Of a stretch of 45,437 bases of DNA, positions 1 through 7,446 are shown one piece after another. The notes beneath the pieces are model-generated. The model was not told where the DNA came from, searched no databases, and worked only from the letters and a program-made list of their open reading frames with translations. Position numbers and translations under genes: made by a program. Source of the stretch: Planctomycetota bacterium (GTDB taxonomy: Bacteria > Planctomycetota > UBA1135 > UBA2386); contig CANGSN010000002.1 of assembly GCA_947455805.1 (NCBI GenBank), forward strand, positions 1 to 45,437, given 5' to 3'. Numbering within the stretch: position 1 is the first letter of the stretch; every line of letters starts with the position of its first letter.

Positions 1-182
1 ACCAAGGCGAACGCCGCCGCCGAGCCGGGAGCCCGCTGCAGCAGGCGTTCGGCGACCGCATCGGCGCGTTCGCGTTCGACCGCGCGCAGCTGCTGTTCGC
101 TGCTGGCCGCACGCCACGACAGGAAGCCGAGCACGGCCGCGACCCCGCCGCAGGCGAGCAGCAGCAGGAGCGAGGCGCGCAG
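1..182 (-). CDS. possible 5' part of a membrane-anchored protein running off the left edge (start codon unresolved)
   Basis: The minus-strand frame is open from 233 to the window edge, with very high third-position GC. It reads HKSTPHNRALRASLLLLLACGGVAAVLGFLSWRAASSEQQLRAVERERADAVAERLLQRAPGS, a basic stretch followed by one hydrophobic helix. There is no ATG/GTG/TTG upstream of the helix (only CTG at 182-180 and GTG at 134-132), so it is absent from the ORF track. Confidence 0.3.
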   Translation of the reverse strand, partial: MRASLLLLLACGGVAAVLGFLSWRAASSEQQLRAVERERADAVAERLLQRAPGSAAAFAL

Positions 183-356
183 GGCGCGGTTGTGCGGGGT
201 GCTTTTGTGCGGCGGCGGGACGATGCGCGGAGGCTAGGCGCTGCCGCCGGCGAGCTGTCAAGGAACGGTCAAGCGGGTCCCGCCAGGTGCTGGGCGGCTG
301 GAAGCCACGAGTCTCGCCATGAGGGCGATGGTTCCGACCGCAGGGAACGTGGGGAT

Positions 357-764
357 CTACGAAGGGAACCGAAGCCTGCGCAGGACCGCGCGAAGCTCAT
401 CACCGCGTCCTCGAAAGGCGGCGAGGGCCTGGTCGAGCGGCTTCGTCAGGGCCGAGAGTCGCTTCATGCTCACGCGGAAGCTGGCCACGGTCTGGTCGAA
501 GCGCACCGGTGGCAGGCCGGCGAGTCGCTGGGCTTCGTCGACCGTGAACGGCCAATCGCCCGCACCGGGTTCCTTGGCCATGAAGTCGAGGACCAGCCCA
601 CGACTCTCCCAGGGCGGCTGATCTCGTTCGTCGCTGACGACGACACGGAAGCTCGCGGACTCGGCTGCAACCCGCCGACCATGCAAGTCCGGGTCGGTCA
701 CCTGCAAGCCCAAGGCTTGCACGGCCGCGACGATGTCGCTCCTGGGATTGGAATCGAGACCCAT
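357..764 (-). CDS. hypothetical protein (135 aa)
   Basis: This is the C-terminal part of track ORF 357..1295. From the internal ATG at 764-762 the sequence has normal composition (MGLDSNPRSDIVAAVQALGLQVTDPDLHG...DWPFTVDEAQRLAGLPPVRF...). The upstream part of the ORF is Arg/Gly-rich off-frame text overlapping the TetR gene. I recognise no family. Confidence 0.55.
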   Translation of the reverse strand: MGLDSNPRSDIVAAVQALGLQVTDPDLHGRRVAAESASFRVVVSDERDQPPWESRGLVLDFMAKEPGAGDWPFTVDEAQRLAGLPPVRFDQTVASFRVSMKRLSALTKPLDQALAAFRGRGDELRAVLRRLRFPS

Positions 765-914
765 CGTTCTGCTTCCGCGATGCAGGTGAGCGGTGTCGCG
801 CCTTGCCTCGCCTTCGTCAAGTGGAGTCACCGGCCGGAGTGCTCGATGCGTCCACTGCCCGCGCCCAGGTCGCCCCTTTCGTTCCGGACCGCACGGTCTA
901 GTATCTGCGCCATC

Positions 915-1496
915 ATGGCCCGGCCCAAGGAGTTCGACGTCGACGAAGCCCTGCAGAGCGCCCTCGAGGTGTTCTGGCGGAAGGGCTACGCGGCGACCTC
1001 GATGCAGGACCTGGTCGCCGGCATGGGGATCCAGAAGGCGAGCCTCTACGCGACGTTCGGCGACAAGCACCAGCTCTACCTGACGGCGCTGCGCCGCTAC
1101 CAGCAGCAGACCTTCGAGGAGCTGACCGCGCACCTCGCCGGGGCCACGTCGCCGCTGCGGGCGATCACCGAGTTCGTCGACGAGGTGTTCGAGCACACCG
1201 CCAAGGACGGCCGCCGCGGCTGTCTGTGCGTCAATGCCAACATCGAGCTGGCGCCGCACGACGGCGACGTCGCCGAGATGCTGCGCCAGCACCACGAACG
1301 CATGGAGTCGCTGCTGGCGGCGACGCTCGAACGGGCGCGCAGCCTCGGCGAGATCCCCCGCAAGGCCGACCCGCGCGCGCTGGCGACGTTCCTGCTCGGC
1401 ATCGTCGTCGCGATCAACGTGCTCGGCAAACAGCGCGCGAGCCGGCAGCAGTTGCAGGCGCTGCGCGACCAGGCGATCGCCGCGCTGTCGCGCTGA
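915..1496 (+). CDS. TetR/AcrR family transcriptional regulator
   Basis: The last 193 aa of track ORF 192..1496, starting at the ATG at 915. MARPKEFDVDEALQSALEVFWRKGYAATSMQDLVAGMGIQKASLYATFGDKHQLY is a typical TetR N-terminal HTH. The rest is a helical ligand-binding domain. Confidence 0.9.
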   Translation: MARPKEFDVDEALQSALEVFWRKGYAATSMQDLVAGMGIQKASLYATFGDKHQLYLTALRRYQQQTFEELTAHLAGATSPLRAITEFVDEVFEHTAKDGRRGCLCVNANIELAPHDGDVAEMLRQHHERMESLLAATLERARSLGEIPRKADPRALATFLLGIVVAINVLGKQRASRQQLQALRDQAIAALSR

Positions 1497-1580
1497 CGCG
1501 CCCCGACCTCCCCACCTTCGCCTTCCTCTGTTCCATTATTTACCGACCGTTCCAGAACTAGCCTCGTATCCCAGACACCC

Positions 1581-2336
1581 ATGAAGAACCTGCAAGACAA
1601 GATCGCTCTCGTCACCGGCGGCACCAGCGGCATCGGCCGCGCCACCGCCATCGCCTACGCCCGCGCCGGGGCCAAGGTCGTCGTCAGCGGCCGCCGCGAA
1701 CAGGAAGGCAAGGAGACTGTCGCCCTGATCGAGAAGGCCGGCGGCACCGGCCTGTTCGTGCGCGCCGACGTCGCCAAGGAGGCCGACGTGAAGAACCTGG
1801 TCGAGGCGACGCTGCGCGCCTACGGCCGCCTCGACATCGCCTTCAACAACGCTGGTGTCGAGAGCTCGGTGATGAAGCCGACGCACGAACAGGACGACGC
1901 CGACTTCGACCGCGTGTTCACGATCAACGTGAAGGGCGTGTACCTCAGCCTGAAGCACGAGATCCCGGCGATGCTGAAGACGGGCGGCGGCTCGATCGTC
2001 AACACCAGCTCGATCGCCGGCCTGATCGGCATGCCCGGCGCCGGCCCCTACGTCGCCAGCAAGCACGCGGTGATCGGCCTGACCAAGAACGCGGCGCTCG
2101 AGTACGCGAAGCTCGGCATCCGCGTCAACGCGGTGGCGCCGGCGGCGATCGAGACGCCGATGTTCGACCGCTTCACCGAGATGGTGCCGCGCGACTTCCT
2201 GGCGTCGCTGCACCCGATCGGCCGCGTCGGCAAGCCGGAGGAGATCGCCGACGCGGTGCTGTGGCTGAGCTCGCCGCAGGCGTCGTTCGTCACCGGCCAG
2301 ACGATCACCGTCGACGGCGGCTTCACCGCGCAGTGA
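1581..2336 (+). CDS. SDR family oxidoreductase (FabG-like short-chain dehydrogenase)
   Basis: TGGTSGIG Rossmann motif, NNAG, and the catalytic S...YxxxK (YVASKHAV). 251 aa, the normal SDR length. Confidence 0.93.
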   Translation: MKNLQDKIALVTGGTSGIGRATAIAYARAGAKVVVSGRREQEGKETVALIEKAGGTGLFVRADVAKEADVKNLVEATLRAYGRLDIAFNNAGVESSVMKPTHEQDDADFDRVFTINVKGVYLSLKHEIPAMLKTGGGSIVNTSSIAGLIGMPGAGPYVASKHAVIGLTKNAALEYAKLGIRVNAVAPAAIETPMFDRFTEMVPRDFLASLHPIGRVGKPEEIADAVLWLSSPQASFVTGQTITVDGGFTAQ

Positions 2337-2358
2337 GTTCGGCGAGTAGCCTGCGCGC

Positions 2359-2799
2359 ATGCCGTTCGACGTGCTGCAGCTGGTGCTCGAGGTGACCGCG
2401 GCCCGGCGCGCTGGCCGCCGCGACGCCAGCGCCGCCGAGCACGAACTCGAACGGCGCTTCGCCAGCAGCGCATGGCTGGCGAGCTACGGCTCGCTGGCCC
2501 CCGACGGCAGGAACCACGGCGAACTCGCCCGCTGCCCCGGCACGTGGTGGCAGGGCACCGTCACCGGCTATCGCGCCGAACGGCAGTGGCCGGTGTTCAC
2601 GTTCGTCGAGCGCGGCCCGCACGTGCCGGTGTGGCTGCTGCACAGCCGCGAACTGCCGGGGCAGTGGCCGGCGCTCGACGCGTTCGAAGGCGACGAGTAC
2701 CGCCGCATCCTGGTGCCGGTGTGGCAAGGCGACCAGCTGTTCGCGGTCGCCAACCTCTACGAGGCGGTGATCCCGGTCACCGCCGCCGAGGCGCGCTAG
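2359..2799 (+). CDS. gamma-glutamylcyclotransferase (AIG2/GGACT-like) family protein
   Basis: YGSLAP...G motif, then FEGDEYRRILVPV and a C-terminal LYEA, typical of the GGACT/AIG2 fold. The N-terminal 38 aa are an atypical extension, so the true start is uncertain. Confidence 0.7.
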   Translation: MPFDVLQLVLEVTAARRAGRRDASAAEHELERRFASSAWLASYGSLAPDGRNHGELARCPGTWWQGTVTGYRAERQWPVFTFVERGPHVPVWLLHSRELPGQWPALDAFEGDEYRRILVPVWQGDQLFAVANLYEAVIPVTAAEAR

Positions 2800-3578
2800 A
2801 AGCGCAGACCGCCGCCGATCATGAAGCCGGAGACGGTCAGGTCGGTGTCGATCGTGTCGCCGTCGATCTCGCCGTCGACCTGCAGGTTCAGCGAGCGGTA
2901 GCCGGCGAACAGCGACAGCATCGCCGTCGGGTGCACCTGCAGCAGCGCCTCGATGTCGAGCAGCTTGCCGTCGACGTCGTCGATGCCGTACTCCATGTAG
3001 CCGAGCTCGAGCAGCGCGCTGACGATGCCGAGGTCGACCTCGCCGCGCAGGAAGCCGAGCGGCACCGGCGCCTGCAGCTGCACGTTCTCGGTCTGGATGC
3101 CGAGGCCGTCGCGCACGGTCAGGTCGATGTCGAACCAGTCGACCGCGATGCCGGGCGAGATCGCGACCGGGCCGAGCGAGATCTGGAAGGCGTAGGCGCC
3201 CTTCACGTTGGTGAAGTCGAGCTCCGAAGAGACCGGCACGCCGCCGGGGATCGAGATGCCGCCGATGCTGGTGCCGATGTCGCCGAAGTCGGCCTGCAGC
3301 ACGCCGTTCCCCGACTCGGAGAACTGGAACGCCGAGACGCTGAGCACCGGCACGCCGGTGTCGAGCGCCGCACGCACGTAGGGCGCACCGCGGTCGTCAC
3401 CGAGGCCGATCGCACTCTCGACGTCCTGGCGCACGGCGACCGAGTTGGTGCCGTTCACGTAGCCGATGTCGCCGCTGACGGCCATCTGTGCGTAGCCGAC
3501 GTTGCCCGACAGCGCGAGCTGGTAGCACGACGGCAGGATGCTGGTCGCCAGCAGTGCCGCGAAGAGAGGAAGTCGCAT
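2796..3578 (-). CDS. outer-membrane beta-barrel protein (260 aa)
   Basis: From the internal ATG at 3578-3576 of track ORF 2796..3806. It has a signal peptide (MRLPLFAALLATSILPSC), alternating Gly/aromatic beta-strand-like sequence, and the C-terminal ...GGGLRF ending in Phe that is typical of OMPs. It lies 8 bp downstream of the lipoprotein gene. Confidence 0.75.
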   Translation of the reverse strand: MRLPLFAALLATSILPSCYQLALSGNVGYAQMAVSGDIGYVNGTNSVAVRQDVESAIGLGDDRGAPYVRAALDTGVPVLSVSAFQFSESGNGVLQADFGDIGTSIGGISIPGGVPVSSELDFTNVKGAYAFQISLGPVAISPGIAVDWFDIDLTVRDGLGIQTENVQLQAPVPLGFLRGEVDLGIVSALLELGYMEYGIDDVDGKLLDIEALLQVHPTAMLSLFAGYRSLNLQVDGEIDGDTIDTDLTVSGFMIGGGLRF

Positions 3579-3586
3579 GGAGTGGC

Positions 3587-4411
3587 TCACGGGACGTAGG
3601 TCAGTTCGCGTTGGGCGATGTCGAACAGGAAGCGCCCGGTGACGCCGGTGACGGTGATCGCCGCCACCGCAGTGCCATCGAAGGTCACGCTGGCGGAGAC
3701 GGTCGCCAGGGGTCCGGCGAGCGTGAAGTCGATCGTGCCGACCGGGTAGCTCTGCAGCGGCGCGTCGTCGAGGGCGAGGCTCGCCGTCGAGAACGTGATC
3801 GCGCACACCGGCGGACCGCTGTCGGTGATCGTGCTCGACGCCGCCGGCGGCGGGCCACCCGCGGGCGTGCTGGAGGTCGTGCGGACCTCGAGCAGGCGAT
3901 CCTGCGAGCCGCTGCGGCCAAGGATGCCGGTGACGTTGCCACTGCCGGCGATGCCGCCGCCACTCAGGGTCCAGGAGCCGACCAGGAAGCTGTCGCCGCT
4001 CGGGAAGCTGGTGCGAAGTTCGTCGGCCGCGATGTCGACGAGGTCGTTCAGATCGCCCCCGTTCGAGAACCCCGACAAGGCGAGGTTCTGGACCACGCCG
4101 GTCGGGCTGTAGAAGCGGATCGTCATCGCCAGCGTGGTGCCGCCGAGCGAGTAGCTCAACGTCACCGAGCCGTCGCCCTGTTCGGCGACCGAGCCGAGGC
4201 CGCTCGGGTTCGGGATCGACGAGCCGCTGGCGAGGCGCCAGGCGTCGACGACGTCCAGCAGTTGCTCCACCTTGTCGTAGAGGTTCGGGAAGCAGTCGCT
4301 CAGCGTCTCGAAGCGCGCCTGCTGCTGAGGATCGGTGGTCGACGTGACCTTGCTGTCGCAGCCGGTCAGCAGCGTGGCGGCCAACAGGCCGGCGAAGAGG
4401 GCTTTCTGCAT
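3587..4411 (-). CDS. lipoprotein, function unknown
   Basis: MQKALFAGLLAATLLTGC carries a lipobox (LTGC). The mature part is Ser/Thr/Gly-rich. A GAGGA Shine-Dalgarno lies about 7 nt upstream of the ATG. It probably forms an operon with the OMP gene. Confidence 0.8.
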   Translation of the reverse strand: MQKALFAGLLAATLLTGCDSKVTSTTDPQQQARFETLSDCFPNLYDKVEQLLDVVDAWRLASGSSIPNPSGLGSVAEQGDGSVTLSYSLGGTTLAMTIRFYSPTGVVQNLALSGFSNGGDLNDLVDIAADELRTSFPSGDSFLVGSWTLSGGGIAGSGNVTGILGRSGSQDRLLEVRTTSSTPAGGPPPAASSTITDSGPPVCAITFSTASLALDDAPLQSYPVGTIDFTLAGPLATVSASVTFDGTAVAAITVTGVTGRFLFDIAQRELTYVP

Positions 4412-4574
4412 GGGGGGTCCTCGGAGGGAAAAGGGGAGCGAGAGCTCCGCCGGGTATCGACAGGAAGCGGAAGCCGCCTCAACCGCCGAACAACCTTTTC
4501 ACCCCATGCCACCGTCGGTTCCGCACCGACGACCACGAATCCGCGCCCCCTCGCGGCGCGCGCCGCCGCGGCCT

Positions 4575-4608
4575 CAGAGGCTGAGAGAGAATCCTCTCGA
4601 AGCCTCTG
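4575..4608 (-). other. imperfect hairpin in the trx-lipoprotein intergenic region
   Basis: CAGAGGCTGAGAGA / GAATCC loop / TCTCGAAGCCTCTG: 14-nt arms with a 2-nt internal mismatch. Confidence 0.4.
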
Positions 4609-4640
4609 CGCGGCTGCGAATGCAGCCGCCAAACATGCTT

Positions 4641-4678
4641 CTGAGAGCCCGTAGCATGATTTTCTCTCGGGCTCTCAG
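4641..4678 (-). terminator. putative intrinsic terminator hairpin downstream of the thioredoxin-like gene
   Basis: A perfect 11-bp inverted repeat, CTGAGAGCCCG (4641-4651) and CGGGCTCTCAG (4668-4678), with a 16-nt A/T-rich loop. It overlaps the stop codon at 4675-4677. There is no long U-tract. Confidence 0.45.
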
Positions 4679-5970
4679 CCGCCAGCCGGCGCGAGCTTCA
4701 GCGGCTTCACCGCCTTCTTCGAATCCTTGCGCTCGCGGTCCATCTCGTCGCGCTTCTGCTGGTCCGCCGCGGCCTTCTGCAGCGTCGCGTCGTCGATCTT
4801 CACGCCGGCCTTGTGCAAGGCGCCCTCGAGCAGCACCTCACCCTTCATGTAGCCGATCACCTGCGCCGCGATCTTGCCGTCCTTGCCGATCACGAACTGG
4901 TGCGGGATGCCGCCGACGCCGTAGAGCGAACGCGAAGCGCGGTCCTCGCCGCGCGCCTTGGCGTCGTGCGCGAAGATCACGTCCGGATACTTCGCCGCGT
5001 TCTCGGCGACGAACTCCTCGAACTCCTCGCGGCCGTCGTTGGTGCACGAGGCGATCACGACGACGCCCTTGTCCTTCCACTGCTTCGCCACTTCCTGCAG
5101 GTGCGGCAGCGCCGCCTTGCACGGACCGCACCACGTCGCCCAGAAGTCGAGCACGACGACCTTGCCGGCGTGGTCGGCGAGCTTCACTTCCTTGCCGGCC
5201 GCGTCCTTCATGACGAAATCGGGGGCTGTGGCACCGTCGGCGATCGCCGTCACCGGCTTCTCGACCGGGCGCGGGGCCTTCTTCGCCCAGAACTCGGCGG
5301 GCGGCACCTGCGGCGGCATGTGCGCGGCCTCGAGCTTCACCCCGCCCTTCAGCAGCAGGTTGGCAAGGCCGTCGAAGCGGCGGTCGCCGTCGCCGACGAG
5401 GCGGAAGCTGCCGACCACGCGCTGCTCGCCGTCGACCACGAACAGGGCCGGCAGCGGCGGCGTCATGCCGCCGCCGAACATCGAGCCGAGCAACGTCGTC
5501 TTGTGGTGCGCCATGCGCGCGTCCTGGTCGGTCGGTTCGCCGTCGAACGGCGCCACCGGGTCGCAGACGACGGTCACCGGCGCCTTCGCCGCACCTTCCT
5601 TCGCCCACGCAGCCCATGCGTCGGGCTTGGCCCAGTTGACGATGGCGACGGTGTCGACGCCGTAGCCGTGGAAGCGCGTGTGCACCTCACCGAGTTCGGC
5701 CAGCAAGCCCGGCGCGTTCGTGCGGCCGTCGAGCGGCACCATGGCGACGACGAGCGTCTTGCCCTTGTGCTGCGACAGCAGCCACGGCGAGCCGTCGGCG
5801 CGCACGGCCTTCACCTCGGGCAGCGCGTCGCCGCAGTGGTAGCGGAGCAGCGCCGGCCAGAAGCTCGGCGGCTGCTTCGCCGGCTTCGGCGCGGCGGCGG
5901 GTTCTTGGGCCAGGGCCAGCGGGGCGCAGAGCACCACCGTGGAGAGGAGACGCAGGGTCGTGGCGATCAT
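4675..5970 (-). CDS. secreted TlpA/ResA-like thiol-disulfide oxidoreductase with two thioredoxin-fold domains
   Basis: From the internal ATG at 5970-5968, with a signal peptide (MIATTLRLLSTVVLCAPLALAQE). The C-terminal domain has VVLDFWATWCGPCK (a WCGPC active site). The N-terminal redoxin-like domain has no CxxC. Confidence 0.88.
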   Translation of the reverse strand: MIATTLRLLSTVVLCAPLALAQEPAAAPKPAKQPPSFWPALLRYHCGDALPEVKAVRADGSPWLLSQHKGKTLVVAMVPLDGRTNAPGLLAELGEVHTRFHGYGVDTVAIVNWAKPDAWAAWAKEGAAKAPVTVVCDPVAPFDGEPTDQDARMAHHKTTLLGSMFGGGMTPPLPALFVVDGEQRVVGSFRLVGDGDRRFDGLANLLLKGGVKLEAAHMPPQVPPAEFWAKKAPRPVEKPVTAIADGATAPDFVMKDAAGKEVKLADHAGKVVVLDFWATWCGPCKAALPHLQEVAKQWKDKGVVVIASCTNDGREEFEEFVAENAAKYPDVIFAHDAKARGEDRASRSLYGVGGIPHQFVIGKDGKIAAQVIGYMKGEVLLEGALHKAGVKIDDATLQKAAADQQKRDEMDRERKDSKKAVKPLKLAPAGG

Positions 5971-6028
5971 TCGGGAAGGAGGCGGTGCGAAGTCGACGGG
6001 GCCGGGAGCGAACGCGAGCGGTCGCGGA

Positions 6029-6997
6029 TCAGAACAGCGTGATGCGCAGGCCGTTCGAGAAGACGAACGGCAACGGGTCGGTGCTCCCGACGTCGAGCGC
6101 AGCGAACTGCGCGCCGACGACGACACCGATCATCGAGGGACCACCCGGCAGCGGCAGCGCCACCCACGCGTGGCCGCTGGCGCCGGCGGCGTGCGACGCC
6201 TGCTGGTTGCCGCTGCCGATGGCGACACCGACCAGCACCACGGGATCGACGTTCAGCTGGCAGCCGCTCGGCGCACCGGGCAGCGGGATGCCGACCCACG
6301 ATGGATCGACGCCGAACGCGACGAGCCCGAGGCCGCCGGGCGGCAAGCCGGTCGCTTCGAACCGGAAGTTCGCGTTGCCGATCGTCGGCGCGTGGTTGGT
6401 GAACACCGCCGGGAAGCTCGGCGTCGTGCTCGCGCAACCGAAGCCGATCGTGGTCACGCCCTGGCCGTCGAGCTGCGAGCAGTAGCCGCGCCACTTCAGC
6501 GGCTGCTGGGCCGCCTGCAGCACCCAGTTGCCGCCGACGAAGCGGGCGAACGCCGTGGTCGTGCCGCCGGGCTCGTACGGCAGGCGGTTCGAACCGCCTT
6601 CGCGCCAGACCAGCCAGTAGTTCGTGGCGCCCGTGAGCTGCACCAGCTGGTCGAAGTTGGCGCCGTGCCAGCCGAGCGACAGCGTCGCCTGCGTCTGCCA
6701 CGTGCCGCCACCGAGTCGCGCGTTCGGCAGGCCGTTCGCGCCTTCGTCCCAGATCTCGAGCGTCTGGTAGCCGGAGGACGACGCGAACGAGTTCGAGGTG
6801 AAGATCTCGGCCGCCATCAGCAGCTGGGACGACGCCGGCGTGACGCGGTAGGCGAAGGTGCTCGGACCGGCGAAGCTGGTCGCCGTGATGGCGGTGCCGA
6901 CGAGCGAGGTCGTGTCGTTGAGGGAGATGCAGGGAGTCTGCGCCGCGACGAACGTGGACGAGACGAACAACGCGCTGGCGAGCGAGCGAAGGAGCAT
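6029..6997 (-). CDS. secreted hypothetical protein carrying the shared C-terminal module
   Basis: From the internal ATG at 6997-6995, with a signal peptide (MLLRSLASALFVSSTFVAAQT). The last ~138 aa (GFGCAST...PSGCQLNVDP...FSNGLRITLF) match the C-termini of four other proteins in the window. Confidence 0.8.
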   Translation of the reverse strand: MLLRSLASALFVSSTFVAAQTPCISLNDTTSLVGTAITATSFAGPSTFAYRVTPASSQLLMAAEIFTSNSFASSSGYQTLEIWDEGANGLPNARLGGGTWQTQATLSLGWHGANFDQLVQLTGATNYWLVWREGGSNRLPYEPGGTTTAFARFVGGNWVLQAAQQPLKWRGYCSQLDGQGVTTIGFGCASTTPSFPAVFTNHAPTIGNANFRFEATGLPPGGLGLVAFGVDPSWVGIPLPGAPSGCQLNVDPVVLVGVAIGSGNQQASHAAGASGHAWVALPLPGGPSMIGVVVGAQFAALDVGSTDPLPFVFSNGLRITLF

Positions 6998-7446
6998 GGG
7001 GCCTCGAGGAGCGGGGATGGGACGGCCGACGAAGGGCCGCACGCTACCCGGAGCTGCGACGACCGCGATTCCCGAGGCGTCAGGGATCTGTCCCGGCGCG
7101 GGGCGCGCGCCGTTCCGGCCGCCGCGGGAACGCTTGCGCCAGGCGAAGTGCAGGTTCGGCAGCGTCTCGGGAACGTCCAGCGCCTGCACCCTACCTCCCC
7201 GTTCTCCACGCCCCGGCGACCGAACCGATCACCGGCCTGCGCGGCTCGACGCTGCGCGGCCTGACGCGCAGCATCACGCGCCACGCCATCGCCGACTTGA
7301 ACGGCGGCGAACTCGGCGCCGAAGCGGGCACCACGTCGCCGCCCGCCGCATGGTCGCGGCCCGCTACCGCTACGAGGGCACGGTGTCGCTCGGCCAGTCG
7401 ATGAAGATCGCGGCGGGGCAGCCCTGATCCGATGGGCTCGGATCGA

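Noticed and set aside
192-914. N-terminal 241 aa of track ORF 192..1496, which would extend the TetR protein.
   Set aside because: Arg/Gly/Glu-rich low-complexity text. It overlaps the better-looking minus-strand gene 357..764. TetR proteins are about 190-200 aa, and the HTH starts right after the ATG at 915.
765-914. A search for a TetR operator palindrome in the divergent promoter region, and in the A/T-richer spacer at 1497-1580.
   Set aside because: I found only a 5-2-5 inverted repeat (GACCG-CA-CGGTC) and a direct GTTCCA repeat. Neither is long enough to call an operator without comparative data.
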